NCBI RefSeq assembly: GCF_006345805.1
Contig: NC_043007.1
Location: 34,410,001-34,474,000 of the forward strand
Source: Octopus sinensis
Taxonomy: Eukaryota
Direction of reading: 5' to 3'
Length of the DNA: 64,000 bases
Shown: positions 1 through 12,969 of the stretch, piece after piece
How the letters are laid out: every line of letters begins with the position of its first letter
How positions within the stretch are numbered: the stretch's first letter is position 1
Translations under genes and position numbers: made by a program
Notes under the pieces: model-generated
Told to the model about the DNA's origin: nothing
Databases searched by the model: none
What the model saw: the letters and a program-made list of their open reading frames with translations, nothing else

Positions 1-70
1 AAAGCCGGACGAAATACCGCTAAGCATTTTGCCCGGCGAGTTAACTTAACGATTCTGCAAGCTCACCGCC

Positions 71-72
<2 letters not shown>
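1..72 (-). mobile_element. tRNA-derived SINE family B, 5' head fragment
   Basis: Reverse complement matches the head of full copies at 15343 and 35798 (GGCGGTGAGCTGGCAGAA...GCTTAGCGGTATTTCGTC). Confidence 0.8.
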
Positions 73-130
<58 letters not shown>

Positions 131-396
131 TCTTCCTGATGCTATGTATGATAAATTGTTTCCACGTTGACGACAAGTTTGTATTTTAGTAATACATAAT
201 GTCATAGTGATTACGAAAATAACTGGTCTTTTCCTGTCCAAGAATGGGCTTGGATTGGGGAAATAAATGGAGATAGTTAAAATAGGAGTGAGGGAAAGGG
301 AAAGAATGCGTTTACGTATGAGTCCGTTTGTATCAGTTTTTGTATAAGCGGGCCTCCTTTCCTCTGTCTTTCTCTGTTTCTGAGATAGACAGATAG

Positions 397-429
<33 letters not shown>

Positions 430-967
430 AGGAGAGAAAGAAAGAGAGAGAGACTGAGTGTGTTTATGTGTGTGTTTGCGTATGTGTGCGCCCGCGTAAT
501 TGACATGGCTGGTGAAAATAACCGCCATTTTTCTTCCCAAGAATGAGTTTTGGGTTGATGAAATAAATTGATAAAACTGAAGAAACGATGAGAGGAGAAA
601 GATAATGCGCACGCTCGAGCTGGTGTGCAGTTGGGTATATGCGTATTTTAATGAATAAATGTATGCAGTTGTATGCATGTGTACGCGGTGTGTCTGTCAG
701 TTATCGGCGATTTATAGTCGCCATCTTAATATGGGATTAAGCGAGGAGAAATTTGCATTGGAGATTGATCGTAAAACCCTGGTGTTTTTATGGTTTGTGG
801 CACACTTCTTAATGGGATGGCGAACAAGTTATTCGGGGTATTACGTAGAATAATTTGTCGGTCATACAGCCAGTTAGCTTTAATGCTGTATTGTGTAGAT
901 AAATGCATGTGTCTATGCATGTGTATATATGCATATATATGCATGAATACATATACATACAAACACA

Positions 968-1023
<56 letters not shown>

Positions 1024-1288
1024 ATTTATAATGTATAAATATATGTATGCACATCAATACACACACACACTAATGTATATATATATATATGTTTGCATAT
1101 CATATGTGTGTGTGTGTATGGATACAGATACGTATATCTATGTATGCGCGTGTATACATCTATATCTATCTATTTGTCTGTCTGTGTGTATGTATGTACG
1201 TACATATACATTAATAGTTTTTGTATGTGTACATATTTCTGTGTGTGTTCACATACAAATTTATATAACACACGCACACGCACGCACA

Positions 1289-1335
<47 letters not shown>

Positions 1336-1765
1336 CACACACACACATACACACACACACACATGCACATATGCACATACATTCCCATATTTATGAGAGA
1401 TAGTTGGCTCCTATTTCTAATAATTCAATACTTTCTCGTCTCACAGGAATCGATGTAGTTGTTAACACACGAATCTCGACATTTTCTTTTTGTCTTACAC
1501 CAAAACTCTCACTCAAAATCTGAATGCCAACAGCATTAATTTTTGGCAGGTCTGGTAGAGCATACGAAAGGACAAAGGCACCGTTCCACCTTCTTATCTT
1601 CCTTCTTTGACTGAATGATAATCCTTAGAGACCTTGTATCTAACACAGACAGAAGGTTTCAAATTTGAGGGGCGGTATTCGTCAAAATATATAATTTTCA
1701 AATTTTGGCACAAGGCCTGCAGTTTGGGGGAGGGATAAGTCCGATTAAATCGACCCCAGTACATA

Positions 1766-2173
1766 GGCGCAGGAGTGGCTGTGTGGTAAGTAGCCTGTCT
1801 ACCAACGACATGGTTCCGGGTTCAGTCCCACTGCATGGCACCTTGGGCAAGTGTCTTCTTCTATAGCCTCGGACCGACCAAAGCCTTGTGAGTGGATTTG
1901 GCAGACGGAAACTGAAAGAAGCCCGTCGTATATATGTATATATATATATATATGTATGCGTGTGTGTGTTTGTGTGTCTGTGTTTGTCCCCATAGCATTG
2001 CTTGACAACCGATGCTGGTGTGTTTGTGTCCCCGTCACTTAGCGGTTCGGCAAAAGAGACCGATAGAATAAGTACTGGGCTTACAATCGAGTTGCTCGAT
2101 TAAAAGCGGTGCTCCAGCATGGCCGCAGTCAAATGACTGAAACAAGTAAAAGAGTAAAAGAGTAAAAGAGAGT
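1766..2173 (+). mobile_element. tRNA-derived SINE family A (CORE-like), full copy with central (TA)/(TG) microsatellite and (GTAAAAGA)n tail
   Basis: A/B-box-like head GGAGTGGCTGTGTGGTAAG...GGTTCAGTCCC, CORE-like CCTTGGGCAAGTG, GTAAAAGA tail; repeated >15 times in the window. Confidence 0.88.
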
Positions 2174-3082
2174 AAGTGGTAAATATTTTATTGACCCCCC
2201 CCCCCCCGCCCCGAAAAGTCGACCTCGGTGGCATTTGAACTTAGAACGTAAGGACGGATGAAATGACACGTCATTATTTTATTGTGAAATTTATCCCAGA
2301 ATCATTCATTCATCGTTTAGTCACCATATATCAGATGTGAACATTTACAGCCATTTTTTTTTCCACGAAACACGTTTGGACGTGACATTTTGTGTAGTGA
2401 ATCACCATTCTGTGTCCCTGACCTGTTTTATTTATTTATTTATTTATTTATTTGTTTGTTTATTTATTCATTTTCATTCGTTTTAGTTTGGTGGCAAAAT
2501 ATCTCATATTGCAAGAAACACGATCTTTAAAGTAGATAACGTTCGTCTAATGTCGTGGCATTCACTCATCATCAGCTTGAACCTCCTTGGATTTCATCCG
2601 TTGTTTATGGCGTCATGACGTTGTGGCGAGCCACGAGAAGGCTAGGTTGCTACGCATCATATAACTAAAACAGCACCAACCAAATTCACTCAAATCACAC
2701 CCTACTGTCTTGAAAAAGAGAAGGACACGTCATATAGAAATGGTAATTGTGTCTCCATCGGAGTCTGTGATGAGTATTGACTTAGAATCCTGCTCATTAA
2801 ATTGACGTATAAAGTGGCCGAGTATTCCACAGACATGTCTGTGCTCATCATAATTCTCCGATGCAATCAGCGTTACACAAGATGTAACAAGGACGAGCCT
2901 CTAAATTAAAGATACAAGCTATAAACCCTTTTCTCCACACAGTTATCACCTACTCAGTTTTACTCAAAAGATATCGTCGACGTGAAGGTACACTCTCATA
3001 GCTATCAGTTGAAATTTATCGTAATATTCTGATTTCTAGTTATATTGTTTATATGTTCATACACATATACTCTTTACACTTT

Positions 3083-3450
3083 TACTCTTTTACTTGTTTC
3101 AGTCATTTGACTGTGGCCATGCTGGAGCACCGCCTTTAGTCGAGCATATCGACCCCAGGACTTTATTCTTTGTAAGCCTAGTACTTATTCTATCGGTCTC
3201 TTTTGCCGAACCACCGCTAAGTTACGGGGACGTAAACACACCAGCATCGGTTGTCAAGCGATGTTGGGGGAACAAACACAGACACACAAACATATACACG
3301 CACATACATACATACATACATACATACATACATACATGCATACATACATACATACATAAATACACACACACACACATACACACACACATACACACACACA
3401 TATATATATATGCATATACACGACGGGCTCCTTTCAGTTTCCGTCTATTG
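3083..3450 (-). mobile_element. SINE family A, 5'-truncated
   Basis: Reverse-complement tail (TACTCTTTTACTTGTTTCAGTC) and body match family A. Confidence 0.85.
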
Positions 3451-3493
3451 CAGCCCCTATTTGTTCCACATACTTCTCGAGATTTTTGCTTAC

Positions 3494-3551
<58 letters not shown>

Positions 3552-3556
3552 TATTA

Positions 3557-3635
<79 letters not shown>

Positions 3636-3996
3636 CATTATTATTATTATTATATAGCCTTTACTACACGTATCTGTCATTTGCATATACAGGGAACATG
3701 TACGTTAGAAATATGTAAATTGTGTGAGTAATAATATATAGATATGAATATATTTAATTTGTTTTCTGTGACTGCATCGTGGTCTTCTGGACTCTATTTT
3801 AGAATCCATTAGCAAAATATATTTTTGTAACCTGGGAAATATATATATACATTTTTGTAGTATTTTTTCTTCAGTCATACATACGCACTTATACAAGCAC
3901 GTATACCCACATAATACCTTACACATACACACACGTATGTATATGTATATGTATTTATATATACTTTATTTTAAAGCAGCAGAAATATAACAAAAG

Positions 3997-4034
3997 CTGT
4001 TACTCGGAGTTTCACGTTCCCGTTCGTCTAACAC
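3997..4034 (-). ncRNA. Degenerate type I hammerhead ribozyme (same family as 60769/60857)
   Basis: Minus strand GUGU-UAGACGA-ACG GGAA CGU-GAAA-CUCCGAG-UA-ACAG. Stem II, stem III and the GUA site are intact; C3/U4 are mutated. Confidence 0.55.
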
Positions 4035-4100
4035 TGCTGCTTTTAAATAAAGCATATTACTCATTTTTCCACCTTGTTTCACATTTATGTGCTTACTCCG

Positions 4101-4517
4101 GTATAGTGGCTGTGTGGTAAGTAGCTTGCTAACCAACCACATGGTTCCGGGTTCAATCCCACTGTGTGGCATCTTGGGCAAGTGTCTTCTGCTATAGCCC
4201 CGGGCCGACCAATGCTTTGTGAGTGGATTTGGTAGACGGAAACTGAAAGAAGCCTGTCGTATATATGTATATATATATATATATGTGTGTGTATGTGTGT
4301 GTGTGTTTGTGTACCTGTGTTTGTCCCCCTAGCATTGCTTGACAACCGATGCTGGTGTGTTTATGTCCCCGTTACTTAGCGGTTCGGCAAAAGAGACCGA
4401 TAGAATAAGTACTTGGCTTACAAAGAATAAGTCCCGGGGTCGAGTTGCTCGACTAAAGGCGGTGCTCCAGCATGGCCGCAGTCAAATGACTGAAACAAGT
4501 AAAAAGAAAAAAAAAGA
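4101..4517 (+). mobile_element. SINE family A
   Basis: Head, CORE-like segment, microsatellite and tail match the 1766 copy. Confidence 0.87.
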
Positions 4518-5339
4518 AAAAGAATATATATATATATATATATATATATGGCGGTACCCCAGCATGGCCACAGCTCATTAGCTGAAACTGGAAAAATCAA
4601 AATCAAATCAAATCAAATCATATATATATATATGCACAATATTTGTATATACATCTATATATACATATATATATATATATTGTGTGTGTGTGTTTGTGTA
4701 GCATTATGTGTATGTAGTAGTACGAATAATGTAAATAGTGCTCAATATGTTTGGTAGAGTAAATACATTATTGTTAACCCAGAGTACTCTTCAGTTTGTC
4801 GCCAGAGAGAATGCTTAATCAATGAATAGAAGCCTGTTTATGTATGTGTGTATTTATTTATATTTGTGTGTATGCACAAACACATGTATGTGTGTGTTAC
4901 ACTTACTCCACAGACACAACCCTACACACAACCTCACACGTACACACATACCCACACTACACATCCATACACACACACACGCACAGACACATACTGCACA
5001 CAAAACACACGCAAACAACATATACATACACGCACACACACATACTTCAAACTACCAGTTAAACAGCTTTCCACTGACCAATCTCCTACGCACATATGTA
5101 GGTAGACACACAACAGACAGCCACTCCTACCAAAATTCTTACTATAAATTCTTCCTACGACCCTAAGCGACTCTAGTCCAACCACACAGATACATAAATA
5201 ACCACAACCACACACACACATACACGTGCTATCATTACACACACTCACAGACCTGCGTGCCTGCACATATCCCCACATACACACACACACATGCCTCCTC
5301 TTGCACTCTCCTGTCTTAGAAATAACTTTTTCTTCACCC

Positions 5340-5540
5340 ATTCCCTTCCGGTCATTTCAATATGTGACCGCGTGTGTACCGTTGGCGAGTTTCTTTCTCC
5401 GTCTTCCCTTCTTTGGACTTTTTCTATATTTCTGATGGAGAGCTCCGCTTGAAACGTGAAATCCTCCTTCTTTTCTTTCCTTTCCTGAGCGTCCAATAAC
5501 AATACTTGTTCCACGACCTCGCGTTGTTGTTTTTTCTTGC
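5340..5540 (+). mobile_element. Penelope-like pseudo-LTR / retrozyme-like module with degenerate hammerhead (5428-5462)
   Basis: AUUU-CUGAUGG-A-GAGC UCC GCUU-GAAAC-GUG-AAAU; homologous to 57165-57390. Confidence 0.6.
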
Positions 5541-5544
5541 ATGT

Positions 5545-5755
5545 TCTCTCTTTTACTTGTTTCAGACATTTGACTGTGGCCATGCTGGAGCACCGCCTTT
5601 AGTCGAGCAAATCGACACCAGGACTTATTCTTTGTAAGCCGAGTACTTATTCTATCGGTCTCTTTTTGCAGAACCGCTAAGTTACGGCGACGTAAACACA
5701 CCAGCATCGGTTGTCAAGCGATGTTGAGGGGACAAACACTGACACACAAGCACAT

Positions 5756-5828
<73 letters not shown>

Positions 5829-6005
5829 GACATACGTAAATACGACGGGCTTTTTCAGTTTCCGTCTACCAAATCCACTCACAAGGCTTTGGTTGGCTCG
5901 AGGCTATAGTAGAAGACACTTGCCCAAGGTGCCACGCAGTGAGACTGAACCTGGAACCATGTGGTTCGTAAGCAAGCTACTTACCACACAGCCACTCTTA
6001 CGCCT
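5545..6005 (-). mobile_element. SINE family A
   Basis: Full reverse-complement copy. Confidence 0.87.
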
Positions 6006-6209
6006 ACATGGAGGTATGTATGTAGGTGTACGTATGTAAGCATGTATGGATGTCAATGAAGGTTCAGATAACACTGGCCTGATGAAACTGGAAATGTAGC
6101 AGAGAATTACGATTTGGCTTGAAAATATTGGTTGCACGCATTGTCAGATGATCTTGTGTAACCAGTAGAAAGAACTTTTGTAGAAGGATGTCAAAAATTT
6201 ATCAGAATT

Positions 6210-6470
6210 ACTCTTTACTCTTTTACTCTTTTACTTTTTTCAGTCATGTGACTGTGGCCATGCTGGACCACCGCCTTTAGTCGAGCAAATCGACTCAAGG
6301 ACTTATACTATGTAAGCCTAGTATTTATTCTATCGGTGTCCTTTGCCGAACCGCTAAGTTACGGGGACGTAAACACACCAGCATCGGTTGTCAAGCGATG
6401 TTGGGGGGAGGGACAAACACAGACACACAAACTTATACACACACATACATACATACATATATATATATGC
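6210..6470 (-). mobile_element. SINE family A 3' half (5' half at 10611-10776, split by RTE LINE)
   Basis: Tail and body up to the central microsatellite; the matching head resumes right after the RTE (GAT)n tail. Confidence 0.8.
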
Positions 6471-6479
6471 ATATCATCA

Positions 6480-6600
6480 TTATTCTTTCATTATTCTTCA
6501 ATTATTCTCTCATTATATTATTCTTTCAGTATTCTCTCTTTATATTATTCTTTCAGTATTCTCTCATTATATTATTCTTTCAGTATTCTCTCATTACTCT
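6480..6600. repeat. 27-bp minisatellite (TATTATTCTTTCAGTATTCTCTCATTA), ~4 copies
   Basis: Direct tandem repeats; appears as repeated YYSFSILSL in the ORF track. Confidence 0.85.
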
Positions 6601-9600
6601 GTCTAGTTCAGTAACATGCCATTCATGTAAATATGTTTTTCGTTTAGTCTTGTCTTCCTGTTGCTCCCGAAGATAACCTTATATTCATAGCCACTTATCT
6701 TTCCCCTAAAATTTGACTTTCTCAGATTTTTCAAACCTACCTTCTTGCTCTCACGATTAACAGAACCTCTTCCTAGTTTGTGGTGCACCCGCCCTCCCAC
6801 CCCCTCCACACATGCCGGAAGTTCCTATTCTTTGCCATCCTTGGGTTGCTTCCCATGAAGACTGCAAAAGCTCTTTCACCATCCTTACCCCTAGTCTTGG
6901 CCTATCTCCTATGTAAGGTAATGTTCATACAGTGCAAAATATGAAAGGGTAGTGTTATGCAGGTTGAACTGAAGGCTACTGTATTACTTGCTCATGAATT
7001 CTGCCAAATGCGAACTTTCTTTTCAGGTACATGAAGCTACTGTCCACCGTCCCAGGGTCTCTAGGGCCCATACCTCCTACACCCTCAGGGTTGGCACCCT
7101 CAACGTTGGCACACTGAAAGGTAGGTCTGGCGAGATAGTCGAGATGCTTGAACGGAGATGTGTTGATATATGTTGCATCCAAGAAGTAAGGTGGAGAGGA
7201 GGTTCTGCTAGGTTCCTCACAGGCAAGGAATACAGGTACAAGATTTTCTGGGCAGGGAACACTGACGGGGTTGGTGGCGTGGGTATACTTATCGCTGAGA
7301 AATGGGTAGATAAAATAACTGAGGTAATCAGAGTATACTTAAGAATACTTAAGATTAGATTAGTGCTTCATCATGGATTAGCAACCATTATATCGGCCTA
7401 TGCTCCTCAGCCGGGGCTACCCGATGGACAGAAAGACCGATTCTATGACACTCTACTGCAGACTACCTCGTTGACGAACGACAGAGACCTTCTCTTTGTG
7501 GTTGGTGACTTCAATGGTCACGTTGGACGACATGCTGGAGGCTTCCATGGTGTACATGGAGGCTATGGCTATGGTTCCCGCAACGAAGAGGGAACCAGGC
7601 TGCTGGAGTTCTGCGATGCAAATGATCTTATGGTTTGCAACACTAACTTCAGGAAACCTACCAGCCACCTAGTCACCTACCGATCGGGCCAACATGCCAG
7701 CCAAATTGACTACATCCTTGCCAGGAAAAGGGAAAGGTGGCTGCTTATAAATGCCAAAACCTTCCCAGGCGAAGAATGTACCCCGCAACATAGACTGGTA
7801 GTTAGTGACTTTAGGATCAGGACTAAGAGGACAACCAGAAGACGACCAACATGGAGAAGGACGATCTGGAAGCTTAAAGATCCTGCGAATGGACAGAGAT
7901 TTAGGGACATGTTACTTGAAGCCTTTGACGAAGTAGAAGGCGATAGAGTATCACATGGGGTAGAAGGCAACTGGACGTTTCTAAGGGATAACCTGCTGAG
8001 AGCCACTGACCAGATCTGTGGCTAGTGCAAAGTCCCCTCTCGTCCCAAGGTAACGTGGTGGTGGAACAATGTTGTAGACAGGGCTATTAAAGAAAAGAGA
8101 CAGGCTTGGAAGGACTGGAAGAATGGTGGTAGCAGGGAATTGTATCAGACTGCCAAAAGGGAAGCTAGGAGACAGGTCTATCTAGCCAGAGGGGAAGCAG
8201 ATAAGAAAAAATTTGCCAATGTTCTGCGCCGTGAGGACCAAAGACTGGAGGTGTTTCGTGTTGCAAGACAGTGTGTGAGAGAGAATTGTGATGTGGTAGG
8301 AGAGAAATGTGTTCGCATGGAAGATGGTTCACTTGCGCTAAATGAGGATGCAAAGAGAGAGGTTTGGAGACGCCACTATGAAAGGTTGCTGAATAAAGAA
8401 AATGAATGGGATAAAGAGAGTCTGCCGAATGTCGACCCAACAGAAGGACCAGCTATCCGAGTTGACAGTTCCTTGGTAGTTAAGGCAATTAGAAGCATGA
8501 AGACAGGGAAAGCCCCAGGCCCACCAGGAATCACTGCAGAGATGCTCAAAATATCTGGTAGTGTCGGCTATAGCCTAGTCACCCGTATAGTTAATCAAGT
8601 GATACACGAAGGAGTCATACCCAATGACTGGTGTAGCAGCATAATAGTCAACTGCTACAAAGGTAAAGGTGACGCCCTAGATACAAATAATTACAGAGGT
8701 ATCAAGCTGTTGGATCAGGTAATAAAGGTTACGGAGAGGGTCATAGCCCAACTAATTAGAGAGAGAGTTAGTTTAGAATAGATGCAGTTTGGGTTCGTGC
8801 CAGGGAAAAGTACCACTGATGCTATATTCCTGGTAAGGCAGCTGCAGGAGAAATACCTAGCCAAAGATAAGCCCTTGTACCTGGCTTTTGTTGACATGGA
8901 GCCTTCGACAGGGTCCCTCGATCCCTTATCTGGTGGTCGATGAGGAAACTAGGGATAGATGAATGGTTAGTGAGAGCTGTGCGAGCCATGTACAGGGACG
9001 CTGCTAGTAAGGTGAGGGTTGGCAACGAGTACAGTGAAGAATTCCGGGTAGAGGTAGGAGTCCACCAAGGCTCAGTCCTTAGCCCCCTCCTATTTATAAC
9101 GGAGGAATTCAAGACAGGATGCCCCTGGGAGATCGTCTATGCTGATGACCTTGCTCTAATTGCTGAGTCACTATCAGAACTGGAGGAGAAGCTTTAGGTG
9201 TGGAAGCAAGGATTAAAATCGAAGGGCCTTAGAGTCAATCTAGCTAAAACCAAAGTCCTAATAAGTAGGAAGGTAGACAAATCACTAACGCCTTCAGGTA
9301 GATGACCCTGCTCGATCTGTAGAAAAGGTGTAGGTAGAAACTCTATAAGATGCACCAAGTGTAAGCTATGGACACATAAGAGGTGCAGCAATGTCAAAGG
9401 AAGGCTAACTAGGAAGATAGTTTTTGTATTTGGCAGATGCTCGGGAGCAATAAACACTGAAAATGCTCTGAGACCAACTTCTGCCACATTCCAGGGAGAA
9501 AAACTAGAAATAATTGATAGCTTCCGTTACCTAGGTGACCAAGTCAGTAGCGGGAGTGGGTGTGCTGAAAGTGTAACTGCTAGAGTAAGAATAGCTTGGG

Positions 9601-10610
9601 GAAAGCTCAGAGAGCTCTTACCCCTGCTGGTGACAAAAGGCCTCTCGCTCAGAGTAAAAGGCAGACTGTATGACGCATGTGTACGAACAGCCATGCTACA
9701 TGGCAGTGAAACATGGGCCGTGACTGTTGAGGATATGCGTAAGCTCGCAAGAAATGAAGCCAGTATGCTCCGATGGATGTGTAATATCAGTGTTCATACT
9801 CGATAGAGTGTAAGTACCTTGAGAGAAAAGCTGGACCTAAGAAGCATCAGTTGTGGTGTGCAAGAGAGACGTTTGCGCTGGTATGGTCATGTGACGAGAA
9901 TGGATGAAGATAGTTGTGTGAAAAAGTGCCACACCCTAGCGGTTGAAGGAACCTGTCGAAGAGGCAGAACCAGGAAAACCTGGGACGAGGTGGTGAAGCA
10001 CGACCTTCGAACTTTAGGTCTCACTGAGGAAATGACTAGAGACCGAGACTTTTGGAAGTATGCTGTGTGTGAGAAGACCCAGCAGGACAAGTGAGACCAT
10101 AACCCGTGGCCTCTACACGGGATATAGCCAGTCCACTTATGCATACCTTTCCTTCTTGGGACACAAAACTCTACTTGTGAAGACCTATTGAGGCAAGTGA
10201 GAATCGAAATCGATCAACATCAATGGAAATTGTAGCTGTGATACCAGTGCCGGTGGCACGTAAGAGAACCATCCGAACGTGGCCGTTGCCAGCGCCGCCC
10301 CGACTGGCCTCGTGCCGTTGGCACGTAAAAAGCACCATCTGTTCGTGGCCGTTGCCAGCCTCGCCTGGCCCCCGTGCCGGTGGCACGTAAAAAGCACCAT
10401 CCGATCGTGGCCGTTTGCCAGACTCGTCTGGCACATGTGCCGGTGGCACGTAAAAGACACCCACTACACTCACGGAGTGGTTGGCGTTAGGAAGGGCATC
10501 CAGCCGTAGAAACATTGCCTTCCGGCTTCCCAGACCCCAGTTGAACCGTCCAACCCATGCTAGCATGGAAAGCGGACGCTAAACGACGATGATGATGATG
10601 ATGATGATGA
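6600..10610 (+). mobile_element. RTE-clade non-LTR retrotransposon, near full length, with stops and frameshifts
   Basis: APE endonuclease (GTLNV, CIQEVRW, GDFNGHVG, IDYIL) at 6988-8025; RT motifs (GKAPGP, NYRGIKLL, QGSVLSPLLF, YADD) at 8140-9197; RRLRWYGHV C-terminus to 10094; 3' stem-loop and (GAT)n tail. The 5' boundary is approximate. Confidence 0.93.
6988..10094 (+). pseudogene. Disrupted APE-RT polyprotein of the RTE element
   Basis: Collinear ORF pieces 6988-8025, 8140-8781, 8940-9197 and 9819-10094, broken by stop codons and frameshifts. Confidence 0.9.
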
Positions 10611-10776
10611 TACGACGGGCTTCTTTCAGTTTCCGTCTATCAAATCCACTCACAAGTCTTTGGTCGTTTCGAGGTTATAGTAGGAGTTACTTGCCCAAGG
10701 TGCCACGCAGTGAGACTGAACCCGGAACAATGTGGTTCGTAAGCAAGCTACGTACCTCACAGCCACTTCTACGCCT
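10611..10776 (-). mobile_element. SINE family A 5' half
   Basis: Reverse-complement head, continuous with 6210-6470 once the RTE is removed. Confidence 0.8.
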
Positions 10777-11544
10777 GTAAGTTAAGAAATTGCCAAAATT
10801 TTCTCATAATATTTATAGAATTCAGACAAGATGGGGCGATATTCTGCTCTTGTTCTGAACCTGTTTTCACCTTAATTCTGCTGACAGGCTTAGGTGAACG
10901 GAATTTTATGGCTGGAATAAAAGTAGCATATATGAAAAACGAGATGACGTTTCAGAATTCCTTGATGTATACATAAACCATTGTATCGGCACGTAGTTTC
11001 GTTCAATGCTGAAAATTTTGTGTGTTTTGTTCACAATTGAAGATTTTGTGTATTTTGCCCTCTCTGTTAATATAATCGGTCTGAGTGTTTGTCAAACTGT
11101 AAACATGTTTTCAAATATCTATTATCCAAGCCCAAACCTCTAAACGTAGAAAAACTATGTACGATTCAAAATTGTAAGGAAATATTGCAACTTGTTGCTA
11201 TATTTGTTACATTTCTTAGCTTAAATTTTTACAAAAATCCTTCTATAGAAAATTTTTCCATCCGATTTTTCTTTTTCTTTACTCTTTTCTTACATTTCAA
11301 TTACAAATTTGCTTCTTCGTCTTCAAACGCATTTATTCTATGATTTATATTTTTATTCAAATACCGTTTTATAACTATTACTTTTATTTTTTATGGATGG
11401 ATATTTTTATTATGTCCCTCCGTAATCTTTCATCCCTAGGTATTTTCGAATATCGTTTACTTTTAATAACTAAAGACTTCAAATATTTTTTCTTTTCACC
11501 CAATTAAAATTTGTTATAATACATAAAGATAGATAGATAAACAG

Positions 11545-11607
<63 letters not shown>

Positions 11608-11639
11608 TACATACATACATACATACATACATACATACA

Positions 11640-11675
<36 letters not shown>

Positions 11676-11799
11676 TACACATACATACATCACAGCTGCA
11701 TCCTCGTTACACGAGAAAAGCCATTGCCAAGAAGACTTACTGAAATGATTCATGATTGTTACCATGTGATGCCCTTATATGACTTTTAAGCCCAGCCAA

Positions 11800-12547
11800 G
11801 CTTTTACACATTTTACCATATAGTAGACAACTGTGCTGGCTGGTAGGAGAAAGCAGGTGCCACCATATGCACTCCCTTAACATGTCTTTTTAGACCTCCA
11901 ACTGAGAGGCACACCCTTCCACATTTTACACATGTTCTGTTGTGAATTTTAATATCCACATCATTGTTTATCATGGGTCGATTTCTATGAGAATTTTGAT
12001 GGCTCACCAGGCCTGCACGACTCGAACACCACAGACATAAAAAAGCAACACTCCCTCACTTTCTATAGGTTCTCCCCTTCTAAGCCCCCTCCTAATTCTC
12101 TCATACTTCACTCTCTCCCTCTCAAACCTTGAACAACCATCATGCACTATCTTCTTCCATCCATCACGGTCTTGTGCCTCGCTCTCCCAGCAGCAATTCC
12201 TGTCTGTATTAGAGCATTTTAAGGCAATCTTTAAACCTTAGTTTAGGCTTATGCACTGGTCTCTGATATCTTCCTGCTCACCATACAATAGATGCTTGGG
12301 CAGTCGCTCATCACTCATCCTTACCAAATGTCCCTACCACCTCAAACGTCTTTGCAAAATCATTGACTCTACACTTCTACTGCCACTCCTCTCAAGCACC
12401 TTCATATTACTAATGGCCATTTTCCAGTTTATCCCCCAAATTTTTCTCAGACGGTCTTGATGAAATCGTTCCAATTGCGTTACCTGCCTACGGTAAACAA
12501 CCCATGCCTCACTTCCATATAGCAAAGACGGGAGGACGCATGTGTTA
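11800..12547 (-). mobile_element. 3' fragment of a second RTE-type LINE, with C-terminal C2H2-like motif
   Basis: LYGSEAW...LERFHQ.RLRKI.GINW...QRRLRW (12334-12525) and CVKCGRVCLSVGGLKRHVKGVH (11813-12007). Confidence 0.8.
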
Positions 12548-12962
12548 CTCTTTACTCTTTACTCTTTTACTTGTTTCAGTCATTTGACTGCGGCCATGCT
12601 GGAGCACCGCCTTTAATCGAGCAACTCGACCCCGGGACTTATTCTTTTGTAAGCCCACTACTTATTCTATCGGTCTCTTTTGCCGAACCGCTAAGTAACG
12701 GGGACATAAACACACCAGCATCGGTTGTCAAGCAATGCTAGGAGGACAAACACAGACACAAACACACACACGCATATATATATATATATACATATATACG
12801 ACGGGCTTCTTTCAGTTTCCGTCTACCAAATCCACTCACAAGGCTTTGGTTGGCCCGATGCCATAGTAGAAGACACTTGCCCAAGGTGCCACGCAGTGGG
12901 ACTGAACCCGGAACCATGTGGTTGGTAAACAAGCTACCTACCACACAGCCACTCCTGCGCCT
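12548..12962 (-). mobile_element. SINE family A
   Basis: Full reverse-complement copy. Confidence 0.88.
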
Positions 12963-12969
12963 ATATCCC

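Noticed and set aside
1766-1840. SINE heads as tRNA genes
   Set aside because: A/B boxes run into SINE bodies with tails and TSDs; no complete cloverleaf.
6078-6115. CTGATGA...GAAA as a hammerhead
   Set aside because: Stems I and III cannot be paired convincingly; at best a decayed relic.
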